A stretch of DNA of 64,000 nucleotides. Origin: Dendrobates tinctorius. Taxonomy: Eukaryota. The notes under the pieces were generated by a model. The model ran no database searches. It had not been told where the DNA came from and saw only the letters and a program-made list of their open reading frames with translations. Of this stretch, positions 32,229-44,618 are shown piece after piece. Both the position numbers and the translations under genes were made by a program. Within the stretch, counting starts at the first letter, position 1. The number at the start of each line of letters is the position of its first letter. The DNA is taken from positions 2,480,001 to 2,544,000 of the forward strand of contig NW_027361869.1 in NCBI RefSeq assembly GCF_039654945.1, given 5' to 3'.

Positions 32229-35200
32229 ATGGATGAAGTTTGGATCCTGTCTCTTTGCCTCACCTTACTTGGATTTTTCATTTTTATTTTATCCTTAAAA
32301 ACCAAGCAAGAGCCGGAGCCAGAAAGTATCAGCAAGTCGTCTGGATCCTCCGCAGCGGCCTATTCTAGCTCCGGGGGTAAGAGCCTGGAGGTCGGCGACG
32401 ATGAGCTGGAGAAGATGATGGAGCGGATGAATAAACTCTTAAGTGGAACGGAGCCGACCAAAAAAGAAATCCAACCGGAGAGGAAAAAAGTTCTTCTGGA
32501 GAAGCAAGAACACCTTCCCCATCGCAGAGCAGACACGGATAGCACTAATGAAACCCAAGAGCCAGTGGGCAAGGTGCCAGGGCATACCCAGCCCGCCAAT
32601 CAACTGAGTCATCACAGAGTTCAGGTATGGGCCAGCCCCGTCAGCAATGCCACCGAGAGCGAGCGCAGAATTAGCAGCTCGGGAATTATACAGGGATATT
32701 AATATCGCCTAGGTACCAGACCAGGGTCCAAATCTGGAAGTTTGATTTTTCCATATAGCCACATCTGAGTCATTCTGCTTTCTTTAAAGGGATTTTACAG
32801 TTTTTTATTTTACTTTTTTTTTTTTTTTTTTTTTCCTGCTAGAGCTTAACTGCTGCTTTGCGAAAAGTTCTGCCACTTTCACATATATACTTTGTGTATT
32901 AAGTTCCTGCCATTTTCCAGATTTACTTGATGTGAGTGACAGGTAAAAACTAGAGGAGCGCATAAAGATTTCCAGCGGCCACGACGGAGGACCATTAAAG
33001 CCCTTCGACCCTCCTGCCACCTTCTGACACCCCCAACTCCTCTTCTGATTAGTAGGCCGAACAATCGCGTCTCTCTGGAGCTACTAATCAGAAAGGATGC
33101 TGCAGGTAGGAGGCGAGTCGCAGGGCTTTGGTCCTGCGGCCACTGACTACCGACATGTCCAATGGATCCGAGTACTAAGAATGTTTTTGCTCATGAAAGC
33201 CCATCCTGATGTAGTCTGGCTCATTCAGCTGCTTGGGGGTTGTTGTGGAACACAGACCATGCTCCCTGTTCTTCGGGGGTCTCCTGCATGTCTACGAGGC
33301 AGTTCGCTCAGGTCAGGAGACCACGATCTGTGCTTCACTGACGTTTGATACCAACCTAAGTGCATTGATGCAATACACCTGCATATTTGGTGTTTGTGAA
33401 GCACCCCGACCTGACATTGTTTCGGGCCTATGCTGTAATTGCAGATCCTGATAAGGTAAGAAAAATATGGGGGGGGGGGGGGGGAGAGATGCAGCTGCAG
33501 GCTTTTTTTCTTTATTCAATCACTGAAACTGCATCATGTGACATGGGAGGTATCTGAATGGCTAATAGTCATCTGTAGAGCCCCAGCATCATAATAGGAA
33601 GAGCCTATCTACCCGGAGAGAGAAAATATGAGAAAACCAATATATTGTTTACAGGAGACACAGGCATTCATGTGAGGTCGTCCTTCCATTGTAGTCAGGA
33701 CTGAATTTCTGTTTAAACTACATTGTTCTTGCTCAGGGGCCCTCAATGTCCTCCAAATATGTCACGTCGCTTACTATTGATGGATGTAAAACATGAAATT
33801 ATTTAAAAAAAACATTTTTCTAGTTTTTTTTTTTAATTTTTTTAAAGTTCCAGAATGACTTTTGGTTGGCATATGTTATTCCTAGTTTAGAACTTCAGGG
33901 GTACAGCATGACATGAGGATTGAAAAAAAAAAAAAAAAAAATCGCAGAAGTAGGAATCCCTTCATTGCCTGACATCCAGTCAGCTTTACCCTGAGTGTTC
34001 TAGTAAAGGGGACACGGAACTTGTCATAAATATGTAATTTTTAATATGACATAAATGCCGCTGTTCGGCAACTTTATCGCTTCTAATTGATTGGGCAAGA
34101 GATACCAACAAACTCTGGACAGAGGTTGCGAACGAGTCATTATCAGTACCGATTTCCACTGTCCTCCACTCGTCTACAGGTTTTATAAAGAAAGTTCTTT
34201 CCCCAAATGCAATAACAAAAAATTTGATCAAGACCTGGGCCAGATTTTCAACCTCACTAACGCCGCTCCCATCGCCTCTGATAAAAGTAAGGGACCTACC
34301 TGGCCTTTATTTAGACCGCCCTTTTACTAGGGACACAGACTCTTTACATAAGATAGACGAAAGTCCAGATGCTTTCATAGAGGATGGCGCGATCCTCCCA
34401 CTGCAAGATTTACAAGCCAAATTCCCACATTACCATTTTAACTTTCTTCATTACAACAGGCTCAAAAATTCGATCAGATCCTATTTACAATCTGGACTTC
34501 CACATAGAGAGTTGACTGATTTTGAGAAGTTACTGTCTCAGAGAAATAAACCAAAGGGCGTGTTGGGTAAGTGCTACCAGGTGCTCTTAACCCACTCCAC
34601 TTCGGTTAAACCAGCGTTTATATTGAAATGGGAAAGAGACCTCGAGGTTAAATTGCAAGATTGGGAAGTTGAAAAGATATATAAAAACTCGCATGGTCCT
34701 TCTGGTTGTGTAAGGGTCGAAGAAAACTCTTATAAGGTCCTTACTAGGTGGTATACCACCCCTGACACAAGAAAGAGGTGGCAACCTGAGACATCCTCCA
34801 ATTGCTGGAGATGTCTTGGTGAGGGAGGATCATACCTCCTCATTTGGTGGCAGTGTGATAAAATTCAACCTTTCTGGGAAAAACTGCTTAAAATTTCTGC
34901 GGGACTTTGTCAGCTTCCAAACCCTCCATCCCTTAAGTTGATCTTTCTAAATTGGTCTAGTGACACTGCACAATATAAACACAAAAATCTTCTTGTGTAC
35001 TTGTTAACAGCAGCTAAAATGCTTATCCCCTTACATTGGCTATCACAGAACTGCCCTACCCTGGGAGAATGGTTGCACAAAGTAAACCAAATATATTACT
35101 TAGAAGAAATAATTGCCAGTACGACCTTTAAGATGAATAAATTCAGTTCGACTTGGGAGCCGTGGACACTCTTCAGAGAACCAGATGACTACTTAAACTT

Positions 35201-38200
35201 ACTAAACCCTCAGTAAATCATATCAATCTGCCCCAAGATCAGCTAAACTTGAAGCAACACTGACTAACCAGACAAACAGGGAAAAACAACTGCCGACTGG
35301 ACACCATTCCTGTTGAAATTCCTACCCCTCCCTACCCCCAAATATTTTCCTTTTCTATGTTTTTCCCCTTCTCTCTAACTTCTATCTTTATATTTAATTG
35401 AAAGTTAATACTCTGACGCGACTATTGTATATATAATTACCATTGATCCAAGTTAGTGATCTTGTTTTGGACTTACAAGTTTAAGTTCTTTATAACCTAG
35501 CTATTGTCCGACCTGTCATATGGCAAAATGCCACAATTAGCAATATTAGAGTTGCGAACAGTTGTTCGAAACGTCCGGACAGAAATCTATAAAGCCAATG
35601 AGGCTTGCTCGTACTTGTCGCATGTACAGTCATGGCCAAAAGTTTAGAGAATGACACAAATATTATATTTTCACATGATCTGCTGGCCTCTGGTTTTTGT
35701 GTGTGTTTGTCAGATGTTTTTATCACATACAGAAATATAATTGCAATCATATTATGAGTAACAAAAGGTTATATTGACAGAATGAGTTAATGCAGCAAGT
35801 CAATATTTGCAGTGTTGACCCTTCTTCTTCAGGACCTCAGCAATTCTCCCTGGCATGCTCTCAATCAACTTCTGGATCAATTCCTGACTGATAGCAGTCC
35901 ATTCTTGCAAAATCAATGCTTTTATTTTGTCTGAATTTGAAGGTTTTTGTTTGTCCACCCGTCTCTTGATGATTGACCACAAGTTCTCAAAGGGATTAAG
36001 ATCTGGGGAGTTTCCAGGCCATGGTCCCAAAATCTCTATGTTTTGTTCCCTGAGCCATTTAGTTATCACCTTTGCTTTATGGCAAGGTGCTCCATCATGT
36101 TGAAAAAGGCATTGTTGATCGCCAAACTGCGCTTGGACGGTTGGGAGAAGTTGCTCTTGGAGGACATTCTGGTACCATTCTTTATTCATTGCTGTGTTTT
36201 TAGGCAAGACTGAGAGAGAGCCCATTCCCTTGGCTGAGAAGCAACCCCACACATGAAAGGTTTCAGGATGCTTGACAGTTGGCATGAGACAAGACTGGTG
36301 GTAGCGCTCACCTGGTCTTCTCCGAATAAGCCGTTTTCCAGATGTCCCAAACAATCGAAAAGGGGATTCATCAGAGGAAATGACTTTACCCCAGTCCTCA
36401 GCAGTCCACTCCCTGTACCTCTTGCAGAATATCAGTCTGTCCATGATGTTTTTCCTGGAGAGAAGTGGCTTCTTTGCTGCCCTCCTTGAGACCAGGCCTT
36501 GCTCCAAGAGTCTCCGCCTCACAGTGCGTGCAGATGCACTCACACCTGCCTGCTGCCATTCCTCAGCAAGCTCTGCACTGCTGGTAGCCCGATCCCGCAG
36601 CTGAAACACTTTTAAGAGACGGTCCTGGCGCTTGCTGGTCTTTCTTGGGCGCCCTGGAGCCTTTTTGGCAACAAGAGAACCTCTCTCCTTGAAGTTCTTG
36701 ATGATGCGATAGAAAGATTGCACCTCAGTCAACAATCTAGCTGTGATACTCTTCCCTGTTAGGCCGTTTTTGTGCAGTGCAATGATGACTGCACGTGTTT
36801 CTTAGAGATAACCATGGTTAACAGAAGATAAACAATGATGCCAAGCACCATCCTCCTTTTAAAGTGTCCAGTGGTGTCATTCTTACTTAATCATGACAGA
36901 TTGATCTCCAGCCCTGTCCTCATCAACACCCACACCTGTGTTAATGGAGCAATCACTGAAACGATGTTAGCTGGTCCTTTTAAGGCAGGGCTGCAATGAT
37001 GTTGAAATGTGTTTTGGGGGATAAAGTTCATTTTCTAGGCAAATATTGACTTTGCAAGTAATTGCTGTTAAGCTGATCACTCTTAATAACATTCTGGAGT
37101 ATATGCAAATTACCATTAGAAAAAATGAAGCAGTAGACTTTGTAAAAATTAATATTTGTGTCATTCTCTAAACTTTTGGCCATGACTGTATTGTTATTCT
37201 TGTCTATGTTAAAACAATATAAGGATGTTTAAAACAAATAAATGCCGCTGTTCTCCTGAATCCGGCGTTGTTTTTCTTTTGTTCCTGAGCCTCTCTGTTC
37301 CTGAGATATGGCCTGTTCTTCCTTGGATATAAATTACTATTTTCAGCCAAGTGGGCAGGGTCTTCAAAAAGACTCTCATAGAGAAGAGTGGATGACCACA
37401 CCCAGTTGGTAAAAATATTTATATACCGGGAAAAGGAAGCCATATCTCAGGAACGGAGCGGAGCAAAAACAAAAGAAAAACATCTCCGGATTCAGGAGAA
37501 CAGCGGCATTTATATCGGGTACAAAAAAAATACATAGGTCATCTTTAAGTCAGAAAGAAATGACAGGATACACAAAGAAATTCATTCATTCCATTACAAC
37601 AGCAGGCGGGGATGTGATGGGTCAGCGTTGTTGTGCAACCTTCCATCGTAGGGAGTTTGAAGAAATGGAGAAGTGTCTGCTGCAAGAAATTGTGTCTGGG
37701 GAAGCAGGACAATGGAGACAAAGCATTGCTCAATAGATCAAAAACGTTTGGTAATGTTTCACAGCTCCTCTAGTGACAACTCTAACAATGGTGTTCAGTT
37801 CTTCATAGATTGGATGAATCTATAGGAACATTGGGTTGGTCGGAAATAGTAGTAAAGGCTCAGACCCAAATACGTATTAAGTCTTCATGCACCCAATGTA
37901 ATAGCGCACCTATACTTGGCAATGTGCTGAGCCTTACTGTAGGCCTCTAATATAAAGGGGTATCTCAGGAAGAAAAAAGTTATCACCTATGTACAGGATT
38001 ACGTCAAGATTGATGAGGGCACTATCACTGAGATCACCATTGATCACCAGAACTGGAGACATGTCCCTTGTTTGAATGGAGCAGTAGTCATCTCTGGAGG
38101 TCTCATAGGGAATGACAGGAGCAGCAGTCATCTCTGGAGGTCTCATAGGGAATGACTGGAGCAGCAGTCATCTCTGGAGCGCTTGTAGGGAATGAATGGA

Positions 38201-41200
38201 GCAGTAGTCATCTCTGGAGGTCTCGAAAGGAATGACTGGAGCAGCAGTCATCTCTGGAGGTCTCATAGGGAATGACTGGAGCAGCAGTCATCTCTGGAGC
38301 GCTTGTAGGGAATGAATGGAGCAGTAGTCATCTCTGGAGGTCTCGAAAGGAATGACTGGAGCAACAGTCATCTCTGGAGTTCTTGTAGGGAATGACTTTA
38401 GCAGCAGTCATCTCTGGAGGGCTTGTAGGGAATGAATGGAGCAGCAGTTATCTCTGGAGGTCTTGAAAGGAATGAATGGAGCAGCAGTCATCTCTGGAGG
38501 TCTCGTAGGGAATGACTGGAAAAGCAGTCATCTCTGAAGGTCTCGTAAGGAATGACTGGAGCAGCAGTCATCTCTGGAGGTCTTGTAAGGAATGAATGGA
38601 GCAGCAGTCATCTCTGAAGGTCTCATAGGGAATGACTGGAAAAGCAGTCATCTCTGAAGGCCTCGTGAATGGAGCAGCAGTCATATCTATTTAAGTATTC
38701 TTTCTATGGATTGGTGATAACTTTTCTAACAGAATACCCCTTTAATGCAGTGAAATATAGGATCTGTTTCTTTGAGCAGCGCATCCCATCAGACATAATA
38801 TGGTGTGACAATATGGCGGCCCATGAAGTGCCAAGGCTTCACACTGCAGAGCAGTAGGGATTGTGTGTTCTTAGAAAAGTATTTTAGCATTTTAATATCT
38901 GATACTAAAATCCTCACTGAATTTCCACATAACGTCACCAGAGTTTTCATTTTGTGGTCAGATAAAAAAGTGTGCACATAAGGGACACAATATTCAATAT
39001 ATTTAGAAAATGGAAATCTGTGCTATCGGGTGTAATATTCCCGGCCTGCAGTGACAGCGGCGTACTGCTAACGGCAGCCCTGATTGCCAGTATTAGTCAG
39101 GCCCAGGGAAATGATACTTCGAGCTCATCTGGATGTCGCAGTGTTAGTATTTTTCCCGTGTAGGAGTCTCTCCTGGTGACCCACAAAGATGATGCATCTT
39201 GTGTCCTTTGGATGTACGCTTCGTATACTGTAGTCCTGGGGGTTTTTGGAAGCGTTTCCTTGGTCACATTTGCACCCAGGATCCCGGTGCATTCAGCCAT
39301 TATCATCACTACTCTGCTCCTTTTGCCCCTTCTTCTTACTAAGAAGAACATGGTTGCTGAAATGTACATAATAATGCAGATTCATTATTGCATTTGCACC
39401 TGTTTTTGTCTAGTTTTTTGTGTTTTTAATTCACATGTTATATATGCAGATGGTATATCTGCAAAAAAGAAATTACAGTAGACATGTCCATTTTTGATTG
39501 TCATCTCGGATCAAGATTATCCAAACAAGTCCATGAGAAATAACAGATGGCACACATTGCCCTCAGTGTATAATCCCCATGCTGTCTGTTCTTAAAGTTT
39601 TTAGCACTCTGCTTTGTTTTGTTCCTCTGTTATTCTTCCTGAAAATGCTGACCCTACTGATAAGGTGAATGGCAACATCCCTAATGCGGTTTTCCTGGCT
39701 TGCGGCTCAAGTCTGCAGTTATTCTATGTGACTGCAGACTTGTGAATCCTCGCAGTGCGCACACTGCAAGCTGTCAGGATTCTCCAGTACCGGGAGCGGG
39801 TGGTTATGTGACCACAAGTATGCGATTTGCATACTTGCAGACACATTACGACTAAACGCATCCCACTTAGCTCAATTCACTTGCATTGAGCAACGCCGCT
39901 CACGTCTAGTAGGCACATGACCACACTTGCATTCAAGCGCCCTCCCGCTCCCAGCGCCGATACAGGAGAATCCTGACTGTGCACTGTGAGGATTTACAAG
40001 CCTGCAGTCACGTAGAGTGACTACAGACTTGAACCCCAGGCCTGGACAACCCCTTTAATCCTACTTTGCATGAGCAATAACAGAGGAATGCTAAAAAGTA
40101 GGGTTCTGAGAAAGATACGTGCAGAATCGGTATTGTATGGGGATACAAGAAGTGTCAGGATTGGAGTTCTTTCTCCTCCTGCTCTCCCACTGTATAAGTA
40201 CACATGAGATGACACTTTTCTGCTGCCCCCTGTCACCATCTGTACCCTATAGATGTAGAGTAAGGTGACTTATGGTGAAGTCTGTAACATGTAATAAGTC
40301 AGATACTGGTGTAGATTGCAGCTGAGGATATAAGATCTGTAGGACACAATTCTGCAATCTTTGTATTGAGTTACCCAGAGGCTTTCTCAGGAATCTTGGA
40401 CCGTCCGGCATCATGATCCAATATAATATCTGTTACTGAGATTATCATGGAGTAACCTCTTAAATGTCACAAGCGCAGTCCGGGGGATAATTGAGTAGAA
40501 GCAGCTGGATGGCGTAGTGCGGCTTCCTCACTGTAATTGCTTAATCCTACGTAAATCTTCAAGGATTTCTACAAAGAATCAGAAATTCAGACCTGAACTG
40601 CCCAATTTGATTGTCTGCGCAATCTGCAATCTGATTGTGATGCAAATGCATGACTTCCTGTTAGGAGTGGTGGAAGGCACTAAATAAAAATTATGAATAA
40701 AGTGCCTTCGCCACCCGGGGTCCACCGTGCGGCAGATGGTAAGACCGCTGCTAGGAGATGGCAGAATATAAGGCGGTAGAGTGCACGGGGTTAACGTCAC
40801 CCTGGTGCACTGGGCACGCTCAGTTTAGCTCACAGAGCTGCCAGGATAAACAGAAATGCAAAAGTGCTGAGTCTGTTTAACTCACAGAGGCTCAGCTACA
40901 CAGACGCGGTAACTGGTCACAGGAGAGGCGTGAGCTGACGGCACCAACTCCGTCTAGACCTACCGTATACGTCTGTGACAGAGACGTCGCAACTGCGAAC
41001 GTACACTGTGCTGCTACAGCAGCGCGGCAGGAACGCAACCGCTAAGAGAACACTGCTATCAGGCAAGCGCAATATGGACGCTAGGCTGCTGAGGCAGGGA
41101 TGCAATGGCGCGCTGGCGCTGTAACTGACTAAGACCGACACACTGTCACCCTTCGTAATAACCAAGGGAAGGGGTTTCATAATAAGTCAGTCACCAGTCC

Positions 41201-44200
41201 ATGCATCCATCACCATACACACACAGCATAATATGCTACACTAGCGCATGGCGGAACGGCCATGCGCACTTTTTATAGCGCGCGGGACCTTCCGGAAATC
41301 TCCAGCAGTCCAGGAAGAGCCAATAGGATCCGGAGCGGGACCTGAGCACATGACTCCCGAAGTCCAATAGGAGCTCGTCCCGTGAGCATGCCCAATAGAT
41401 GGAATAAAGGACTTAGCCTCTGGAGACAGTTGTTGTGAGACAATCTCCTCAGCAATCCCTTCTGCTGCAGCAGATGAGCAAGAGACTGCAGCATGTGAGA
41501 ATCTGGGTTTCTGTATAGACGTGTCAGAAACCAGATTCCTAACACTTCCATTCAGCATTTTATGGAAATCAGATGCTGTAAATGATGCAAGCACAGACAG
41601 TACTACCTCCTAGTCTCTCCCTGTGCATTGTTTAGACACAGATATGACTGCCCTCTTGTATCACCCTGTAAATAATGTAGGCACACATAGGACTGCCTTT
41701 CCTTTCACCTAGTAAATCCAGTAGGCAAAGATGATGATGTCTTTCTTTTTCTCCTTGTAAATGATGTAGTTGCAGATAGTACTGACTCCTTGTTTCCGCA
41801 CTTGCTTTCTTTAGACACAGATATGACTCTGTATGTAGGAACACACAGGGCTGCCTTTCTTTTCACCTAGTAAATACAGTAGGTAAATATAGTACTGTCT
41901 TCCTTTTTATATTTCTTAATGATAAAGGTACAGATAGTACTGCCTCCTTTTCTCTCCATGTGCATTGTTTAGACACAGATTACACTACCTACCATCACAG
42001 TAGCTCTCTGTATGTAGATACAAATAGGACTGCCTTTAATTTTCACCTAGAAAACATGATAGGTATAGATGGTAGTGCCTTCCTTTTTCTCTTTTTTTAA
42101 TGATATAGGTACAGATAGTGCTGACTCCTTGTTTCTAACTGTATTAATGTAGTTGTATAAAGTACTAACTCCAAGTCTGTCTCTGTAAATGATGTAGACC
42201 CTGCTATTACTACCTTTATATCTCTGTAAAGGATATTGGAAAGACTGTAATTCATCCTTATTTCTGGCTTTAATTGTAGTAGATATAGATAAATACGGTA
42301 GATAGATAATGTAAAAAAGAGAATGTTCTGCCTATCTGTATCACCCTGTACACTAGAGTGACCAGATCTCTAATCGGGGGAAAAAAATGTCGGAATCTTG
42401 TTCGTCTGGACCCCACAAAACGATTACCCTTTCCAGATATTGAGATAGCCAACATTTGAGCTCGATCAAACGACGTTAACCCGTGCCGCTCGTCGCTCAA
42501 AGTTTGAAAAAATCCAAATTTTTGGCCTTTTTTCAAACTTTGAGCGACGAGCGGCACGGGTTAACGTCGTTTGATCGAGCTCAAATATTGGCTATCTCAA
42601 TATCTGGAAAGGGTAATCGTTTTGTGGGGTCCAGACGAACAAGATTCCGACATTTTTTTCCCCCCATTAGAGATCCGGTCACTCTACTGTACACAGATAG
42701 TACTGGCTTCCTGTTTCTCTCGGTAAATGATGGCGGAAAGGTGCTGGGGTCAGATGAGATCAAAATTGAACTTTTTGGCCATCAAGATAAACGCTATGTC
42801 TGGCGCCAAACCAGCACAGTTCATGACCCCAAGAACACCATACTCACAGTGAAACATGGTGGTGGCAACATCATGCTGTGGGGATGTTTTTCGGCAGAGG
42901 GACAGAGAAAATGGTCCGAGTCATGAGGAAGATGGATGGTGTGAAATACAGGGATATTCTTGAGCAAAACCTGTTTCAGTCTTTCAGTGATTTGGGACAG
43001 GGATGGAGGTTCTCTTTCTAACAAAACAATGACCCAAAGCATACTGCTAAAGTAACACTCAAGTGATTTAGAGCATAAAAAGTACCAGCACAAAGTCAAG
43101 AAAATTTCATGTATATAAACTCAGAGTCTTGAAGATTGCTGTTCACCAGTGGATATCATCTTACTTGAAGGAGCTGGAGCAGTTTTGCCTTGAGGCATGG
43201 GCAAATATCCCAGTGGCAAGATGTGGAAAGCTCAGAGACTTTTCCAAAGCGACTTGCAGCTTTAATAGCCGCAAATGGAGGCTTTACAAAGTACTAACTT
43301 TAGGGTGCTAAATAGTTATGCACACAGAAGTTTTCAGTTATTTATTGTAAAAAAAAGACAAAACATTTTAGGCATGTTCTTTACATGAACTTATGCAAAC
43401 CCTAAAAAAACAGTGAAATTCCAGGTTGTGAGGTAGCAAAACACCAAAAATGACAAGGGGGTGAATACTTTTGCAAGCAACTGTATAGTACTGCCTCCCT
43501 ACCTTTTCCTATAAATAATGTACAAACACTATTGCTAGCCTGTCCGTAAATGATGCAGGTACAGATAATACTGCCTCCTTTTATCTTCCTGTAAATACTG
43601 CAGGCACAGATAGTACTGGCTTCCTATATTTGCCTGTAAGTATTGCAGCCACAGATAGTTCTGCCTCCTTGTCTCTATCTGTAAATAATGTAGACATGGA
43701 TATTAATATCTCCCTGTTTTTCGCAATAAATGATGTAGGTACGGAATTCTCCCTCCTTTCCTCTTCCTGTGAGTAATGCAGGCACACATAGTGCTACCTC
43801 CTTGTCTTTTCCTGTAAATAATGTAGGCACAGATAGTGCTGGCTCCATGTTTTAACTGTAAATATCATATTCATTGATCATTGATGCTTTCTATAGTGAT
43901 CAATATGGACTCTATGTGCAGTTTAGCAATAGGAAAGTGAACTGTTGGTTCGTTTGCACCCATTGGTGACACTGTATACGGCTGTTGAGTTCTTGCCACC
44001 TGTCTACAGTCTGCTGCTTGATGAATTGGATGTTTTCTATGTTTTAGGAAAGATCTGCCCATGCTGCTGTCGAAAATATAATGGATGAAATTGGTGAGTA
44101 AAAGTATTCTGCTATTGCATAAAGTGCTGTGTAGTGTCAGCCAACTACAATATTCTGTCTTTTTTCTAGAACAAGCTGTGCAGGAAACTGAGGAGTCAGA

Positions 44201-44618
44201 TTACTATGCCAGACGTAGGCAGGAACGGGCAGCAGCTCGGGCCAAGCAATGGCAAGTACAAAATAAGAATTTACTGGACACAGTGAAGGAGCCAGTACGC
44301 TCTTGTGAACAGCACCGCTTCTTCGTTCTGTTGATCGTGGGGTTTCAAGGGTGCAAGCTCCAGCCAATCATACATTGATGGCCTAATGAAGTGAACAGGA
44401 GCTGAGCTGCAGTACAGGCGAATGACCACTATAGAGTGAACAGAGCTGTGCTGTTCTGGCTCAGCCAATGAGTGAAATGTTGGACCTCCACCCATCTGAT
44501 ATTGATGACCTATCTTAAGTTTGCGTCGAGGTGTTGTGAAAAAAAAAATAAAAAATAAATTTTTTTTGCTTTTTTCTTAATCTGAATTAATTGTACTTTC
44601 TTTGCCAGGACTGAGTGA
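32229..44618 (+). CDS. Uncharacterised signal-anchor membrane protein, about 177 aa (candidate gene model)
   Basis: Exon 32229-32624 (MDEVWILSLCLTLLGFFIFILSLKTKQ...HHRVQ, donor CAG/gtatgg, phase 0). Exon 44048-44093 (ERSAHAAVENIMDEI, open only in phase 0, donor gtgagt). Exon 44170 to about 44251 (EQAVQETEESDYYARRRQERAAARAKQW). Exon 44609-44641 (ttgccag...CTG/gtaggt). Terminal exon from 48484 with ATTAAA at 48638. The C-terminal frame is ambiguous. Confidence 0.55.
34067..37237 (+). mobile_element. 5'-truncated L1-clade LINE (ORF2 C-terminus plus 3'UTR) with a 16-bp TSD
   Basis: Stop-free frame 34068-35216 with L1 ORF2 C-terminal motifs (KWERDL, YKVLTRWYTTP, CWRC...WWQC zinc-knuckle region, FSSTWEPW). 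A-rich end at about 37229-37237. ATAAATGCCGCTGTTC duplicated at 34051-34066 and 37238-37253. Confidence 0.92.
35627..37188 (-). mobile_element. Full-length Tc1-family DNA transposon (DD35E), transposase frameshifted at its 5' end
   Basis: Perfect TIR CAGTCATGGCCAAAAGTTTAGAGAATGACACAAATATT and TA TSD. Transposase 36815 to 35800 with GRPRK, SDES, FQHDGAPCH and SPDLNPFENLW (35 residues between the second D and E). The ATG at 36815 is out of frame by 1 nt. Confidence 0.96.
38075..38690. repeat. 40-bp minisatellite (GCAGCAGTCATCTCTGGAGGTCTCATAGGGAATGACTGGA, about 15 copies) inside a TAAAGGGGTA...TACCCCTTTAA MITE (about 37953-38745)
   Basis: Direct reading of the units and the flanking inverted ends. 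Confidence 0.9.
40680..41400. mobile_element. Possible LTR-retrotransposon (LTR/leader) fragment
   Basis: An abrupt CpG-rich non-coding block with TTTTATAG and several CCAAT motifs inside an AT-rich intron. No coding domain seen. Confidence 0.3.
42354..42686. mobile_element. 333-bp fold-back hAT-type MITE with an 8-bp TSD
   Basis: TAGAGTGACC...GGTCACTCTA termini; arms of about 157 bp nearly perfectly inverted around a short loop; CTGTACAC at 42346-42353 and 42687-42694. Confidence 0.9.
42731..43483 (+). mobile_element. 3' fragment of a decayed Tc1 transposon
   Basis: KVLGSDEIKIELFG...TVKHGGGNIMLWGCFS; ends GGGGTGAATACTTTTGCAAGCAACTG followed by TA. Confidence 0.88.

Larger units (their letters stand above)
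34004..37548. mobile_element. Palindromic TTAA-type MITE split by an L1 insertion (pieces 34004-34066 and 37238-37548)
   Basis: TAAAGGGG...CTTTAA ends; inverted arms ATGCCGCTGTTCTCCTGAATCCGG and CCGGATTCAGGAGAACAGCGGCAT. Confidence 0.65.
41575..43860. repeat. Old degenerate tandem repeat (about 45-50-bp GTAAATGATGTAGGCACAGATAGTACTGCCTCCTT core), interrupted by a hAT MITE and a Tc1 fragment
   Basis: The core recurs more than 15 times with many substitutions. Confidence 0.7.

Noticed and set aside
32921-32942. Possible micro-exon (ttccag ATTTACTTGAT gtgagt, or to ACAG gtaaaa) in the candidate gene
   Set aside because: The 22-nt form adds a stop in phase 0. The 11-nt form shifts into a phase in which exon 44048-44093 is closed. 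Left out pending RNA data.
38075-38690. Regularly spaced repeats (here and at 18.7-24 kb, 53-54.6 kb and 62 kb) as CRISPR-like arrays
   Set aside because: There are no unique spacers, no cas genes, and the context is eukaryotic; these are plain tandem repeats.
42270-42926. Mirror-image ORFs MPLVAQSLKK... on both strands, one fused to transposase-like sequence
   Set aside because: Artefact of the fold-back MITE reading into an adjacent Tc1 fragment.
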